Notes: generated by a model not told the origin, from the sequence alone. A stretch of DNA of 64,000 nt from Pontiella sp. (GCA_050290185.1 JBNKHE010000005.1:192001-256000), one strand, 5' to 3'; numbered from the stretch's first letter, positions 20,673-30,159 are shown. Made by a program: numbers and translations.

Positions 20673-21407
20673 CTAATCTCCCAGCGAAGGAATCACCAGC
20701 GTCTGTCCAACGCGCAGTGAATTCGGATTGGAAAGCGAATCCCTGTTTGCATCGAATATGATATCTGAATGGGAAGAGTCACCGTAAAATTTTGTGGCGA
20801 TTTTCGTAAGGTTGTCGCCGGCTACGACCGTATAGATCGAATGGCTACGTGCCGGCTTGGCCGCAGGTTTCACCGTTGTCGGGGCCGGCTCCGGCTTGGG
20901 TTCCGTTTTAACAACCGCTGCCGCCTGGGGGGCTTGCCTGGAAGACGGGCCACTGGAGGCCAACTGCTTCCTGAGGGACTCGTTTTCCTGCTGCAGTCGT
21001 TTCAGTTCGACGGCCACCTTTTGAATCTCCGGTGATTGCTGGATTGCCTGAATTGCGAGCGCTCGCGATACCTTGTCGCGTTGCTCACGAATGAATGTCG
21101 CTTTTTCGGACTCGGGGCGAAGTTCAAGATAACGATCATAATGATAGATGGCGTAGATATAGTTCGGCTTGTACTGCTGATAGATCAGGGCGAGATTCAG
21201 GTGGGGTTTCGCCATGAGCGGATCGTTGTCCAGCGCCTCTTTGAAAGCCTGTTCCGCTTCATCCCATTGACTTTGCTCCATGTAGGCTACACCGGTTTTT
21301 ACCAGTGGATCTCGTTCCTCCTTCTCGTCGGCAGACAGTCCGTTGTCATTGCAACCCGTCATGGCGAGAACGGCGATACAGAGCGGGATAGAGTATAGTT
21401 TACGCAT
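20673..21407 (-). CDS. lipoprotein with TPR and LysM domains
   Basis: Lipobox LAMTGC; TPR-like helices; C-terminal YTVVAGDNLTKIA...LRVGQTLVIP. Confidence 0.85.
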   Translation of the reverse strand: MRKLYSIPLCIAVLAMTGCNDNGLSADEKEERDPLVKTGVAYMEQSQWDEAEQAFKEALDNDPLMAKPHLNLALIYQQYKPNYIYAIYHYDRYLELRPESEKATFIREQRDKVSRALAIQAIQQSPEIQKVAVELKRLQQENESLRKQLASSGPSSRQAPQAAAVVKTEPKPEPAPTTVKPAAKPARSHSIYTVVAGDNLTKIATKFYGDSSHSDIIFDANRDSLSNPNSLRVGQTLVIPSLGD

Positions 21408-21438
21408 AATTCCAATCCTTTTTTATTAACCAAATCCT

Positions 21439-22665
21439 TTATGGATGATTCGCATCAACCGAGGAAATATATCCCGTCGCCCTCACGAATCCCGAACTAA
21501 ATTTCTCGATTATTGAGCCGTCCGTTTCCCGTAGCAGGAACATGGCCTCGACACCCGGCCTGTTCTCAACCCACACCAGCCCTTCCTCCGGTCCCATTAC
21601 ATACAGGGCGGTCGCCATGCCATCGGCATCGGTGCAGTTATCTGCGAAAACCGAGACGCTCGCGGTATGGGAGAGCACGGTTCGTCCAGTTCGCGGATCT
21701 AGAATATGGGTATAGATGACTCCGTCCTTTTCCAGGTAGTTTCGATAGTCGCCCGATGTTGCAACGGCTCCGGAAGAAAAATTGAGAATCCCCTGCAGCG
21801 CGTCGTCCAAGGGGTTGGTGTCCGGATACTGGATGCCGATTTTCCAAGGGACTCCGGCAGGATTCAATCCCTTAACCACAACCTCACCGCCGATTTCAAC
21901 GAACCAGTTTTCGAATCCCGCTTTTTCCAGGATATGGGCAACGGCATCGACTCCATACCCCTTTGCAATGGCCCCCAGCGCCAATGATACTTCCGGTTCG
22001 CTCTTGCGCAGACCGGTCGGCGATGGCACCGAGACTTTCTCCCAGCCGGTCATCGCTTTGGCTTCGGCGATGGCTACATCGGATGGAACCGCACTGGTGA
22101 CACCTTCGCTTCCGAATCCCCACAGATTAAGCAAGGGTTGCAGTGTGGGGTCGAACGCTCCGTCCGTAGTTTCACTGAAATCCAAAGCCCGGGAGACCAC
22201 CTTTGCAAAACCTTCCGACACCGTGATGGGATTCGTTGAGATCGAATGGTTGAACATGGAGATTTCGCTATCCATATCCCAGGTGGACATCTGACGATTG
22301 ACCTCCTGTAATTCAAGGATGATGTCGTTGATTAGCTTTTCGGCACCGGCGGGTTGCAGATGGTCGGCTATCCGGATGCTGTATGTGGTCCCCATGGTCC
22401 GCCCCCAAATGGACGGTTGCAGCAATGAAACCTCCGGATTCCATTTATCCAACGGCAACTGGATGGCGACTGCGCCGATTCCGCTGGTGTGCGGCATTTT
22501 CTTCAAGTCGGCACGTTGCATTCCGCAAGTCATCGCAACCTGCCCGGGATCAATTTCAATCGAAACAGCCACAGGAAGCCGGTTCCAACGATAGTACCCC
22601 CCTGAAAAAAGCGCGATGACAAGCCCAAGGCCAATGAGATTGCGTTTCCAGGAATAGTTTATCAT
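21439..22665 (-). CDS. apbE: FAD:protein FMN transferase ApbE
   Basis: TMGTTY, GAFDPT, LGAIAKGYGVD, ATSGDYRNY, HILDPRTG, ADGMATAL. Confidence 0.92.
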   Translation of the reverse strand: MINYSWKRNLIGLGLVIALFSGGYYRWNRLPVAVSIEIDPGQVAMTCGMQRADLKKMPHTSGIGAVAIQLPLDKWNPEVSLLQPSIWGRTMGTTYSIRIADHLQPAGAEKLINDIILELQEVNRQMSTWDMDSEISMFNHSISTNPITVSEGFAKVVSRALDFSETTDGAFDPTLQPLLNLWGFGSEGVTSAVPSDVAIAEAKAMTGWEKVSVPSPTGLRKSEPEVSLALGAIAKGYGVDAVAHILEKAGFENWFVEIGGEVVVKGLNPAGVPWKIGIQYPDTNPLDDALQGILNFSSGAVATSGDYRNYLEKDGVIYTHILDPRTGRTVLSHTASVSVFADNCTDADGMATALYVMGPEEGLVWVENRPGVEAMFLLRETDGSIIEKFSSGFVRATGYISSVDANHP

Positions 22666-23045
22666 CAGGCCTTGGCCACCAGTTCGATTTCCACCAGCGA
22701 AGCTTTGGGCAAGGCGGCCACCTGCACGGTTGACCGGGCAGGTGCGTTTTCTTCGCCAATGTATTCCGCATAAACGGTGTTGAGTTCAGGAAAGTCATTC
22801 ATATCTGCCAAGAATACCGTGGTCTTGATGACATCATCCAGCGTGCACCCGGCGGCCTCGAGAACGGCCTTTAGGTTTTCAAACACCTGGATGGTTTGTT
22901 CGCGGATTCCACCGTCCACGAGAACGCCGGTTGCCGGGTCAATGGGAATCTGTCCCGATGTATAGATGAGATGTCCACACTTGACGGCCTGATTGTACGG
23001 CCCGATCGGAGCGGGAGCCTGGTCGGTATTTATGATGTGCTTCAT
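22665..23045 (-). CDS. ridA: RidA/YjgF enamine deaminase
   Basis: APAPIGPYNQA, SGQIPIDP, PARSTVQVAALP...VEIE. Confidence 0.93.
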   Translation of the reverse strand: MKHIINTDQAPAPIGPYNQAVKCGHLIYTSGQIPIDPATGVLVDGGIREQTIQVFENLKAVLEAAGCTLDDVIKTTVFLADMNDFPELNTVYAEYIGEENAPARSTVQVAALPKASLVEIELVAKA

Positions 23046-23060
23046 AATGCTATCCTTTCT

Positions 23061-24140
23061 TTAAGACGGTTTTTCAAGTTCCTCGATGATTTTCAAGTCG
23101 GCTTTGGAGTAGGGGTAGTCCCTTAGGTTCGAAATCCTGAGCCACTTGTAGTCCTGGCAGTGAATAGGGCGGGGACGGCCGGAGCGTATCCGCGCGTGGT
23201 ACGCATGCATATCCATGGTAAAATGGCTATAGGCGTGTTTTACCGTGACCAGAAAATCGCCGACTTCGATGTTTACGCCCAGCTCCTCCTTCAACTCTCG
23301 CGCAATACACTGCTGAATGGTTTCACCGGTTTCTTGCTTGCCACCCGGGAATTCCCACAGGCCTCCAAGCATATCCTCGTTCCTCCGCTGGGCAATCAGA
23401 ACTTCGCCTTTGCGGTTGGAGACAATCGCCGCACCCACAACCATGTGAGGCACCTTCTTTTTGGTCGCTTTTATCGGATAGTCAGTGGGGCGTTCGGACT
23501 TTTGAGCCAGACAGACGGATGAAACCGGGCAGATACCGCACTGGGGGTTCCTGGGGAGGCAGATGGTTGCTCCAAGCTCCATCATGGCTTCGTTATAGTT
23601 TCCCGCGTCACCGGCGACCAGCAGCTGATCGGTCATTTGCTGCAGTTCCTTTCGTGCGGCGCTTCCCGCCGTATCCTTGGTGTAGGCATACAGCCGAGAA
23701 AGCACCCGAATCACGTTTCCATCGAGCACGGCAAGATCCAGATTGAAGGCCAGCGATCCAATGGCGGCAGCGGTATAGCTGCCGATCCCCGGCAGTTGCT
23801 GGATTTCCTCGGCCGTCCGGGGAAAGCGCCCCTTATGTTCGTCTGCAATAATCCGAGCCGCCTTGTGCAGATTTCTCGCCCTCGAATAATAGCCGAGACC
23901 TTCCCACATTTTCAGCACGTCTTCCTGAGATGCGGCAGCCAGGGATTTCAGCGACGGAAACCGTTTCATGAAACGGTGGAAATAGGGCGTGGCCTGGTCC
24001 ACACGGGTCTGCTGCAGCATCAACTCCGAAATCCAGACGCGATAAGGAGTCCGGTTGCTTCGCCATGGCATACTGCGCCGGTTGGCGGAAAACCATGGAA
24101 GCAGTTTGGTTTTGATGGCCTGTTTGGTGTCCATTGTCAT
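23061..24140 (-). CDS. mutY: A/G-specific adenine glycosylase MutY with C-terminal Nudix domain
   Basis: ISELMLQQT, WEGLGYYSRARNL, LPGIGSYTA, 4Fe-4S cysteines, Nudix box GGKQETGE...RELKEELG. Confidence 0.94.
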   Translation of the reverse strand: MTMDTKQAIKTKLLPWFSANRRSMPWRSNRTPYRVWISELMLQQTRVDQATPYFHRFMKRFPSLKSLAAASQEDVLKMWEGLGYYSRARNLHKAARIIADEHKGRFPRTAEEIQQLPGIGSYTAAAIGSLAFNLDLAVLDGNVIRVLSRLYAYTKDTAGSAARKELQQMTDQLLVAGDAGNYNEAMMELGATICLPRNPQCGICPVSSVCLAQKSERPTDYPIKATKKKVPHMVVGAAIVSNRKGEVLIAQRRNEDMLGGLWEFPGGKQETGETIQQCIARELKEELGVNIEVGDFLVTVKHAYSHFTMDMHAYHARIRSGRPRPIHCQDYKWLRISNLRDYPYSKADLKIIEELEKPS

Positions 24141-24152
24141 TTGCGCAGAACC

Positions 24153-25412
24153 TCATCGGGGTATCATATGAATGATCTGGATCCGGCGATGGGTTGCCGA
24201 ATGGATGCGGAGCGTGTATCCAGGGACCTCCAGACTTTCGCCAACCTTGGGAATGCGCCCCAGTTCTGCAAAAACATATCCACCGAGCGAGTCATATTCC
24301 TCGCTTTCCGGAAGATTCGTGGACAGTATTTCATTCATTTCGTAAATAGGCATGCGCGCCTTGATCATAACGCTGCCATCGGGTCGACGGTGGAACTCCT
24401 TTTCTTCGAGGTCGTATTCATCCTCGATCTCACCCACCAATTCCTCAATCACATCCTCCATGGTCACAAGCCCCTCGGTGCCGCCGTATTCGTCGACGAC
24501 CAACACCATCTGGGAACGCGACGTCTTCATCAGTTGAAGAAGGTCGTTCAACGGCATCGTCTCCGGCACGAAATCAATGCGTTTGACCAGCTGACTGATT
24601 GAGGTTTCGGATTCAATGGCCGTGACCGACAGCCGAAGCAGATCCTTCACGTGCACCATCCCGACAACATCATCGATGTTTTCATGATAGACGGGAAAAC
24701 GGGAGTGCCTTGATTCCTTGACCTGCTCAATGCATTCGCCAACCGTCAAGGTGTCCTTTATTCCGCTGATATCGATACGCGGCGTCATGATCTCGCGGGC
24801 AATGGTGTCGCCAAACTCGAAAACACTGCGAATAATTTCCCGTTCCTCTTCCTCGAGATTCTGTTCATCCGTATCCTCCAGAAGACTGATGACTTCATCT
24901 TCCGTCGAGGGACGGTCCTCCTCATCGGACGCGGACATCGCATGGGACAACAACCGATCCTCGATTCGCTGCAACGGCCAGACAAAGATGTACAAAGCCA
25001 GCGTGACCGGCTCAACAATCGGAAGCGCAGACAATGAAATCCGATCCGCATAACTTTCGGATAAGATGTGGGGAATGATCCGCGCGATTAGCATATAGGC
25101 CAGTGAGTAGACAAACAGCGCCGCAAATAGCACCGGCGCCGCACAATCCCTGATTGATAGATAAAACAACACAAACGTCGCGATGGCGCACAGCGTCAGC
25201 AGCAGCCGGGTAGTTTTACAAAGCAGGTTCCATCGGTCCTTCCAACGCTCCAGGAGCTTTAATCTTCGGCCGGCACGCTCAATTAAGCGGGGGAGGCCAA
25301 CATCACCGGTATATCTTAAGGAGTCGAAAACGGAGGCAAGCAGACCTGCAAAAAAAAGAGCAATAAGGCTGTAGGCGAATAAATTCGTATGTATGTACAT
25401 CAACGCTTTCAA
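24153..25412 (-). CDS. HlyC/CorC (CNNM) family protein with CBS domains
   Basis: N-terminal hydrophobic segments, AREIMTPR, HSRFPVY, VVDEYGGTEGLVTMEDVIEELVGEIEDEYD. The true start may be ATG 25400. Confidence 0.9.
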   Translation of the reverse strand: MKALMYIHTNLFAYSLIALFFAGLLASVFDSLRYTGDVGLPRLIERAGRRLKLLERWKDRWNLLCKTTRLLLTLCAIATFVLFYLSIRDCAAPVLFAALFVYSLAYMLIARIIPHILSESYADRISLSALPIVEPVTLALYIFVWPLQRIEDRLLSHAMSASDEEDRPSTEDEVISLLEDTDEQNLEEEEREIIRSVFEFGDTIAREIMTPRIDISGIKDTLTVGECIEQVKESRHSRFPVYHENIDDVVGMVHVKDLLRLSVTAIESETSISQLVKRIDFVPETMPLNDLLQLMKTSRSQMVLVVDEYGGTEGLVTMEDVIEELVGEIEDEYDLEEKEFHRRPDGSVMIKARMPIYEMNEILSTNLPESEEYDSLGGYVFAELGRIPKVGESLEVPGYTLRIHSATHRRIQIIHMIPR

Positions 25413-25668
25413 TTATGGATTCAGTAATTTCTTTTCTGCCTGTACTAAAGCGCATGCTTCGTTTTCTTTCCAGTCAAACCCTCTGCCAAAGTGAAGTACG
25501 TTAAACCTGAATGAGTACCGAATCCGCGACGCTTCAGAAGAATGCATCCAAATAGTAATCAATCAATTCCTCATGAATTTGTCCGTCCAGTCCCGAATCT
25601 CCTCATAGTAGTCCGAATAGCCCGCAAACCAGCAAAACCACCATATTTAGAGCAAATCACAAACCATA

Positions 25669-25696
25669 TATAGACATAAGATTTATTATGCGACGT
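25669..25696 (-). other. dif-like XerC/XerD recombination site (attL; probable chromosomal dif)
   Basis: Minus strand reads ACGTCGCATAA-TAAATC-TTATGTCTATA, the same 11-6-11 architecture and inner CGCATAA/TTATGT as E. coli dif (GGTGCGCATAA-TGTATA-TTATGTTAAAT). Confidence 0.85.
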
Positions 25697-25826
25697 TCTA
25701 ATTGTAAGTAACTCTGTTAATAGTTTTTGCATAAGTACCGAGGCCAAAAACTGGCCTGAAAAAAAGTGAAAATATTTTCATGCGATCCCCTCTAAAAATC
25801 GAATTTCGGATTTTGCGCAGTACGAA

Positions 25827-25988
25827 TTACGATTTTTCTTTGTTCTCGATGGCCTTCGTGATCAACAAGGCAAGCTTTCCTTGTTCGATGGCAGAAAGCT
25901 TTTCTAGTCCGTTGATCGTCGTGCGCAACATGGCATCTCTTATTAGCTTTGCGCGCTTTCGTTTCGTTGCTGGAAGAAATGGATTCAT
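25827..25988 (-). CDS. prophage small basic hypothetical protein (53 aa)
   Basis: MNPFLPATKRKRAKLIRDAMLRTT...; TAATG coupling to the upstream gene; below the ORF-track cutoff. Confidence 0.55.
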   Translation of the reverse strand: MNPFLPATKRKRAKLIRDAMLRTTINGLEKLSAIEQGKLALLITKAIENKEKS

Positions 25989-26224
25989 TATTCTTTAGAA
26001 GAAATTTCAGAGGCCCGATACCAAACCATCGTACCAGGAATGAGAAGCATCCGACCTTGACGCTTTCCTGTCTTGTGGTCGATCAAGCCTTCCGTCCACA
26101 TTCCGGAAGCCGGCACACGGTAGACGGCATCAGGATTGAATGTTGTTGTCAGCTTCGTACTGGCGCAGCTCGTCATTAAGAGAGTCACGCAAGCTATCGT
26201 TATCATCGGCGGGGCTTTCTTCAT
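25988..26224 (-). CDS. prophage lipoprotein, o-spanin (Rz1)-like
   Basis: Lipobox LLMTSC after a basic/hydrophobic leader; 5' part overlaps the upstream membrane-protein gene in another frame. Confidence 0.6.
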   Translation of the reverse strand: MKKAPPMITIACVTLLMTSCASTKLTTTFNPDAVYRVPASGMWTEGLIDHKTGKRQGRMLLIPGTMVWYRASEISSKE

Positions 26225-26330
26225 ATTTCATAGCCTCTGATTTTTGATCATGCCTGGACAATAGAACCTTGAGCACGGAAACCGCGATTGCGGCCAGAAT
26301 CGTGCCCAAGGTTGCGGCGAGAGATTCCAC
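26130..26330 (-). CDS. prophage membrane protein, i-spanin (Rz)-like
   Basis: Single N-terminal TM (LAATLGTILAAIAVSVLKVLL) followed by a charged helical tail; overlaps the lipoprotein gene. Confidence 0.55.
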   Translation of the reverse strand: MESLAATLGTILAAIAVSVLKVLLSRHDQKSEAMKYEESPADDNDSLRDSLNDELRQYEADNNIQS

Positions 26331-26333
26331 CGG

Positions 26334-26618
26334 CTATTTACCGGCCTTGCTGCTCAAGTTAATGGCCAGCGTGTTGATGATCCGTTTTACGAATGCCCAG
26401 GCGGGCGGATCGGTTGGCTTGACCTCGAAGAAATTGGCAATGATTGAGCTGGCGGCCACCAGCAACGGCAGCACAACGGTCAACGCCATATCCCACCCTG
26501 CCGACCCCGTCGTTCCATCAACCGGCGCAACATCCGTCTGGGCCATTCCGATTGCGGGAAACATCAATACGACGAGCATCGCCAGCATTATAATCATTTC
26601 AGACATGTTCATTTTCAT
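26334..26618 (-). CDS. prophage holin-like membrane protein (94 aa)
   Basis: AAGGAG RBS, Met-Lys-Met start, two hydrophobic segments, basic C-terminus (LAINLSSKAGK); directly upstream of the spanin-like pair. Confidence 0.55.
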   Translation of the reverse strand: MKMNMSEMIIMLAMLVVLMFPAIGMAQTDVAPVDGTTGSAGWDMALTVVLPLLVAASSIIANFFEVKPTDPPAWAFVKRIINTLAINLSSKAGK

Positions 26619-26634
26619 TTTGATCTCCTTTGGG

Positions 26635-26811
26635 TTAATGAAATGCGTGGATTGCGCGATCCTCGATATGGCGATCCAGTCGAGCATGGGCTTTGCTGAT
26701 AGAGTTGTCCTGGTGATCGAGTCGGTTGAGCAAAAGCTTTATGGCAATCCCCGAAATGATCGTTTGAGCACCAAGCAACATTGCAATCACAACCCCTAGC
26801 GTTCCGTCCAT
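26635..26811 (-). CDS. prophage small membrane protein (58 aa)
   Basis: MDGTLGVVIAMLLGAQTIISGIAIKLLLNRLDHQD...RLDRHIEDRAIHAFH; TAATG coupling; not in the ORF track. Confidence 0.65.
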   Translation of the reverse strand: MDGTLGVVIAMLLGAQTIISGIAIKLLLNRLDHQDNSISKAHARLDRHIEDRAIHAFH

Positions 26812-27152
26812 TACGTCCCTACCTTCTTAAAAACTTGCGTGATCGGTTTCCGGTATGCAATGAGCGTCGTTAGGCCAAGGGCCACCAGCGTTGATATTGC
26901 TGCCTTGGCGATAGTTTTCCCGGTGGCCGTGGCAGCGGTGGCGATTTGATCTCTGTATCCCCCAACCGTTTCGGCCACGGCCCCAGGAAGTTGAGCAATC
27001 AGTGAATCGTTTTGAAGTCCCCCATGGAATGCCACAAGTTCAGCGGTGCGCTGTTTTGGCCTGGAATCGTTCCATGTTGTCGCATTCCACCCGCGGGAAA
27101 TCAGGAAGTGCTTATAGGCTGGATTCGAATCGAGGGCATCCCATAGCGTCAT
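26811..27152 (-). CDS. prophage putative virion membrane protein with C-terminal TM
   Basis: C-terminal AAISTLVALGLTTLIAYRK; ATGA overlap with the upstream gene. Confidence 0.7.
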   Translation of the reverse strand: MTLWDALDSNPAYKHFLISRGWNATTWNDSRPKQRTAELVAFHGGLQNDSLIAQLPGAVAETVGGYRDQIATAATATGKTIAKAAISTLVALGLTTLIAYRKPITQVFKKVGT

Positions 27153-27835
27153 GGCGTTGCTCCATACAGTTCGGATCTACGACGCCACTCGGGCGAAACC
27201 GTAAAGATCACAACGTTTCCGGCTGCATCGCGGTATGGTTCGTGCGTCTTGTCGTAAAGAACCATATGCCAAGTAATGTTACGGGAATACTCGTTGACCT
27301 TGGCAGCGGCCAGCGTTGAGCGTGTCAACCAGGTTTCCGCCGAAAGCGGATTTGCATTTGGCGTCTCCAGTGCGAGACTATTGGCCGACATCAGCGCGTT
27401 GCTATTTCCGGTTGCTGCTGTTCGGTAATACACTTGCGCTTGTGTATCGACCTGAACACCAGTCTCGAAATTCTGGACATATTCAGTTCCCACATTAAAA
27501 ACGAATGTGTAGTACCCGTCGCCGTCGTAGGAAACGGGGCTCGGGCTTGCAAGTTCCGATAGCCCTCCCGACCATCCATAGGAAATTACGGACGCCTGCA
27601 ATGTTCCGTTGTACGAGTATGGAGTCGTAGAAATCGACGTAACCGTTTCGCCCGGATTGCCCGTCACAGTGGTGCTCCAAATTCCTAGCAGGACATTATC
27701 AACATGAACATTTAACACCGTGTTACTTGGTACGGTGCTGCCAAAATTGACAACGAGTTTATACCGCAATAAAACGGCGTTAGACTCCGATGCAGCAAGC
27801 AACCCAATGAGAGATAATAGAAATATTTTTTTCAT
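27149..27835 (-). CDS. prophage signal-peptide-bearing beta-rich protein (228 aa)
   Basis: AGGAG RBS; MKKIFLLSLIGLLAASESNA leader; Ser/Thr/Val-rich mature part. Confidence 0.7.
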   Translation of the reverse strand: MKKIFLLSLIGLLAASESNAVLLRYKLVVNFGSTVPSNTVLNVHVDNVLLGIWSTTVTGNPGETVTSISTTPYSYNGTLQASVISYGWSGGLSELASPSPVSYDGDGYYTFVFNVGTEYVQNFETGVQVDTQAQVYYRTAATGNSNALMSANSLALETPNANPLSAETWLTRSTLAAAKVNEYSRNITWHMVLYDKTHEPYRDAAGNVVIFTVSPEWRRRSELYGATP

Positions 27836-27846
27836 GCTTAAGACTC

Positions 27847-28395
27847 CTATTGTAGAACCGTCGACGACCAATTTTTTCCCTGCAAGCTTGGGTAGTTGTC
27901 CCATTCCGCGGTTGATATTGAACTTGCATAAAATACCGGCGTCCCTGGAGCCGACTGGTCGATCGCGAACAATTCAAAATCACAATACGGGAATGTATTT
28001 GTGTTGATTCCCGAGGTGACGTTCGTTGTCACCAGATCCATAGCGGCAAAGGTTGGCGACACATTGGTCGTAATGGTTGCGACTGGCGCGAACGTCGGTG
28101 TCATGTTGGTAACGCTCACAAGTCCATTGCTAACGGTCGTGAATGACACAACATTTGTCACCCAGCCAGATAGAGCCTGAACGGTGTTCGTTGAAACATT
28201 GGTCACGCTCCCCGAATACGCCTGAACGGTGTTCGTTGAAATATTGGTCGCGGCAGCGGTGAATTCCGGTTGCAACTGCACAGGAATCACAAACCTCGCA
28301 TACGGTTTATAGATTGGATTGTTTATTGAGCTTTGGCCGAATGCTGCCGAAGCGCACACGGCAAAAATCATTAGTGCTGCAAAAAGTGTCCGCAT
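27847..28395 (-). CDS. prophage signal-peptide-bearing protein with Thr-Asn repeats
   Basis: MRTLFAALMIFAVCASAAFG leader; repeated TN(I/V)STNTVQA and TNxxPTFA units. Confidence 0.7.
   Translation of the reverse strand: MRTLFAALMIFAVCASAAFGQSSINNPIYKPYARFVIPVQLQPEFTAAATNISTNTVQAYSGSVTNVSTNTVQALSGWVTNVVSFTTVSNGLVSVTNMTPTFAPVATITTNVSPTFAAMDLVTTNVTSGINTNTFPYCDFELFAIDQSAPGTPVFYASSISTAEWDNYPSLQGKNWSSTVLQ
28175..28249. repeat. intragenic tandem duplication, 45-bp period
   Basis: GCCTGAACGGTGTTCGTTGAAA at 28175-28196 and 28220-28241. Confidence 0.8.
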
Positions 28396-28397
28396 AA

Positions 28398-29099
28398 TTA
28401 CCCCTTCATGATTTCATTGATCGAAAGTGTGCTGTCGGCATCTTGCGCCACGAAATAGATTACACCGTGACAACTGAGGGACACCGAACCGCTCGGGAAG
28501 ATCGGGGTTCCCCTGCCCGCAGCCGGATTGACAGAGGAATCGCCCCACCATATTGTATAGTCGCCCGTGTTCACAACCAGGCGTTCTTTGACCAGAGCAT
28601 TCGCGGCCAGGACTGAGGGGTTTGCCGGATCTGTTCCAACGGCAAGCGGAGCGGGTGTGCTGACTGAAGACCCCGACAAATCGACTTGCAGAAATCCTTC
28701 AATGACCGCCCGCGTGTCAGTGATCGGCCCCAGGGAAAGGACATATTCAATCGTCATAGATTCATCACTGGTATTATGAAACCGAACCTTGTTGAAGGTC
28801 GCCGGTTCGTAGGTCTTCTTATCGGGAGACAAACGGACAACCGGATAGCCGGTTCCGGCCTTGATGAAATTTGAAATTCCATTGTCCATGGAAATTAGCA
28901 CGTCAGTCGAAGCGGTGTTCGAAAAAATAGCGACGTATGATCCAAGGAATGGAACTTCCTTCTCTGACTGGGCTGAAACTGTAACTTTCCCGAATTTCTG
29001 ATTATTGGAAATCGGCATATCCGAGTAAGGAACCTTTTGACTCTGTGCGGCCATCACGGCGGCAACAATGGCCTGGATGTCTTCCGGGGTCAGATTCAT
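28398..29099 (-). CDS. prophage putative vertex/penton-like structural protein
   Basis: 233-aa beta-strand-rich protein in the structural block; function inferred from position only. Confidence 0.5.
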   Translation of the reverse strand: MNLTPEDIQAIVAAVMAAQSQKVPYSDMPISNNQKFGKVTVSAQSEKEVPFLGSYVAIFSNTASTDVLISMDNGISNFIKAGTGYPVVRLSPDKKTYEPATFNKVRFHNTSDESMTIEYVLSLGPITDTRAVIEGFLQVDLSGSSVSTPAPLAVGTDPANPSVLAANALVKERLVVNTGDYTIWWGDSSVNPAAGRGTPIFPSGSVSLSCHGVIYFVAQDADSTLSINEIMKG

Positions 29100-29707
29100 C
29101 TTTTCTTACGTCCTTTCACGACCATTCCAACCAGGATCAATCCCCCTAGCCCAAGGCCTAGATTTGCTTTGGTGAAAATTGTTTTTTGTTTGGCCCCTGG
29201 TGTCGTTGGCTTGGAAATTCCGCCCCCTGACACAGTAGACCCACTTAGGAATGCCGGAGCTGCCGACAACTGCCCCGGTGAAAAATTATCAAGCACCTTG
29301 TTCGTGTTTTCGTAGGTGAGCTGCAAAGCCTGGTCGATGATCTCTTGTGTACGTTCATCGAGCGCATGGTTCACGTAGCTCGACCCCTCGCCCACAGTGA
29401 CACCGTAATTGACGCTCGAACCGTCGCCGATGATTTGCCCCTGGTTATTATCCATTGAGGTTTGGTTCACGGTGTATTCAGACCCGACGCCTTGCTGAAT
29501 GCCATTGTTGACCGCAGACCTGTCGCCATATATGACGCCTTGGTTTCCATCGATCTGACTTGCATTATCGCCGAGAACGGTCGCCCCGATTCCGACATCA
29601 GTACGGACGTTAGATGCCCCCTCCCCCAGCACAACGGCGTTATCAGACGCCATCATATTATTGTTCGTCGTTTGCTGCCGGTTAGATTGTTTGGATCCGC
29701 CGCCCAT
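29096..29707 (-). CDS. prophage virion membrane protein (PM2 P10-like position and architecture)
   Basis: MGGGSKQSNRQQTTNNN start, Gly/Asn/Ser-rich repeats, C-terminal TM LGLGLGGLILVGMVV followed by KGRKKR. Confidence 0.65.
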   Translation of the reverse strand: MGGGSKQSNRQQTTNNNMMASDNAVVLGEGASNVRTDVGIGATVLGDNASQIDGNQGVIYGDRSAVNNGIQQGVGSEYTVNQTSMDNNQGQIIGDGSSVNYGVTVGEGSSYVNHALDERTQEIIDQALQLTYENTNKVLDNFSPGQLSAAPAFLSGSTVSGGGISKPTTPGAKQKTIFTKANLGLGLGGLILVGMVVKGRKKR

Positions 29708-30159
29708 TAGACAATCCTCTTGTAATAGGTTTCGACCTTAACGAACCCATGTTGCTCCAACCGGCGATCCATGCCTTGGCGCATACTTCTAACGCTCCAT
29801 GATTCGATTCGGCTTTTTTCGGCGAGTCCGTGTAGCAATGGATAAAGGGTGCAGATGAACGGAATTTCCTGTTGAACTACCGACACCGCGTGCAAAACGA
29901 GGAAATTGCAGGGTTTCCCATATTCACATTCAACCTGGCCGGTAACGATCCCGATCAGCTCGCCTTCCCGCTCAACTCGATAAAGCAGAATTCCCCCGCT
30001 TCGAATCTGATTTTCGATCCAGTCCAGACGATCAACCAACCCGACCCGGGCGGTCGTATTGTTTCTCTCCGATCTGGCAATCAGATTGCGAACGCCCGGA
30101 AACATATCCGAACGTTCGCACCGAACCACCGCTAGATCTATGACTTGTGAATCAGCCAT
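29707..30159 (-). CDS. prophage GNAT-fold-like protein
   Basis: LYRVEREGELIGIV...FLVLHAVS...SVRSMRQGMDRRLEQHGF...ETYY resembles GNAT strand order and the C-terminal 'L...GF' motif. Confidence 0.5.
   Translation of the reverse strand: MADSQVIDLAVVRCERSDMFPGVRNLIARSERNNTTARVGLVDRLDWIENQIRSGGILLYRVEREGELIGIVTGQVECEYGKPCNFLVLHAVSVVQQEIPFICTLYPLLHGLAEKSRIESWSVRSMRQGMDRRLEQHGFVKVETYYKRIV

Noticed and set aside
25413..25668. Possible small ORFs between hlyC/corC and the dif-like site
   Set aside because: Only short frames without recognisable motifs; treated as intergenic.
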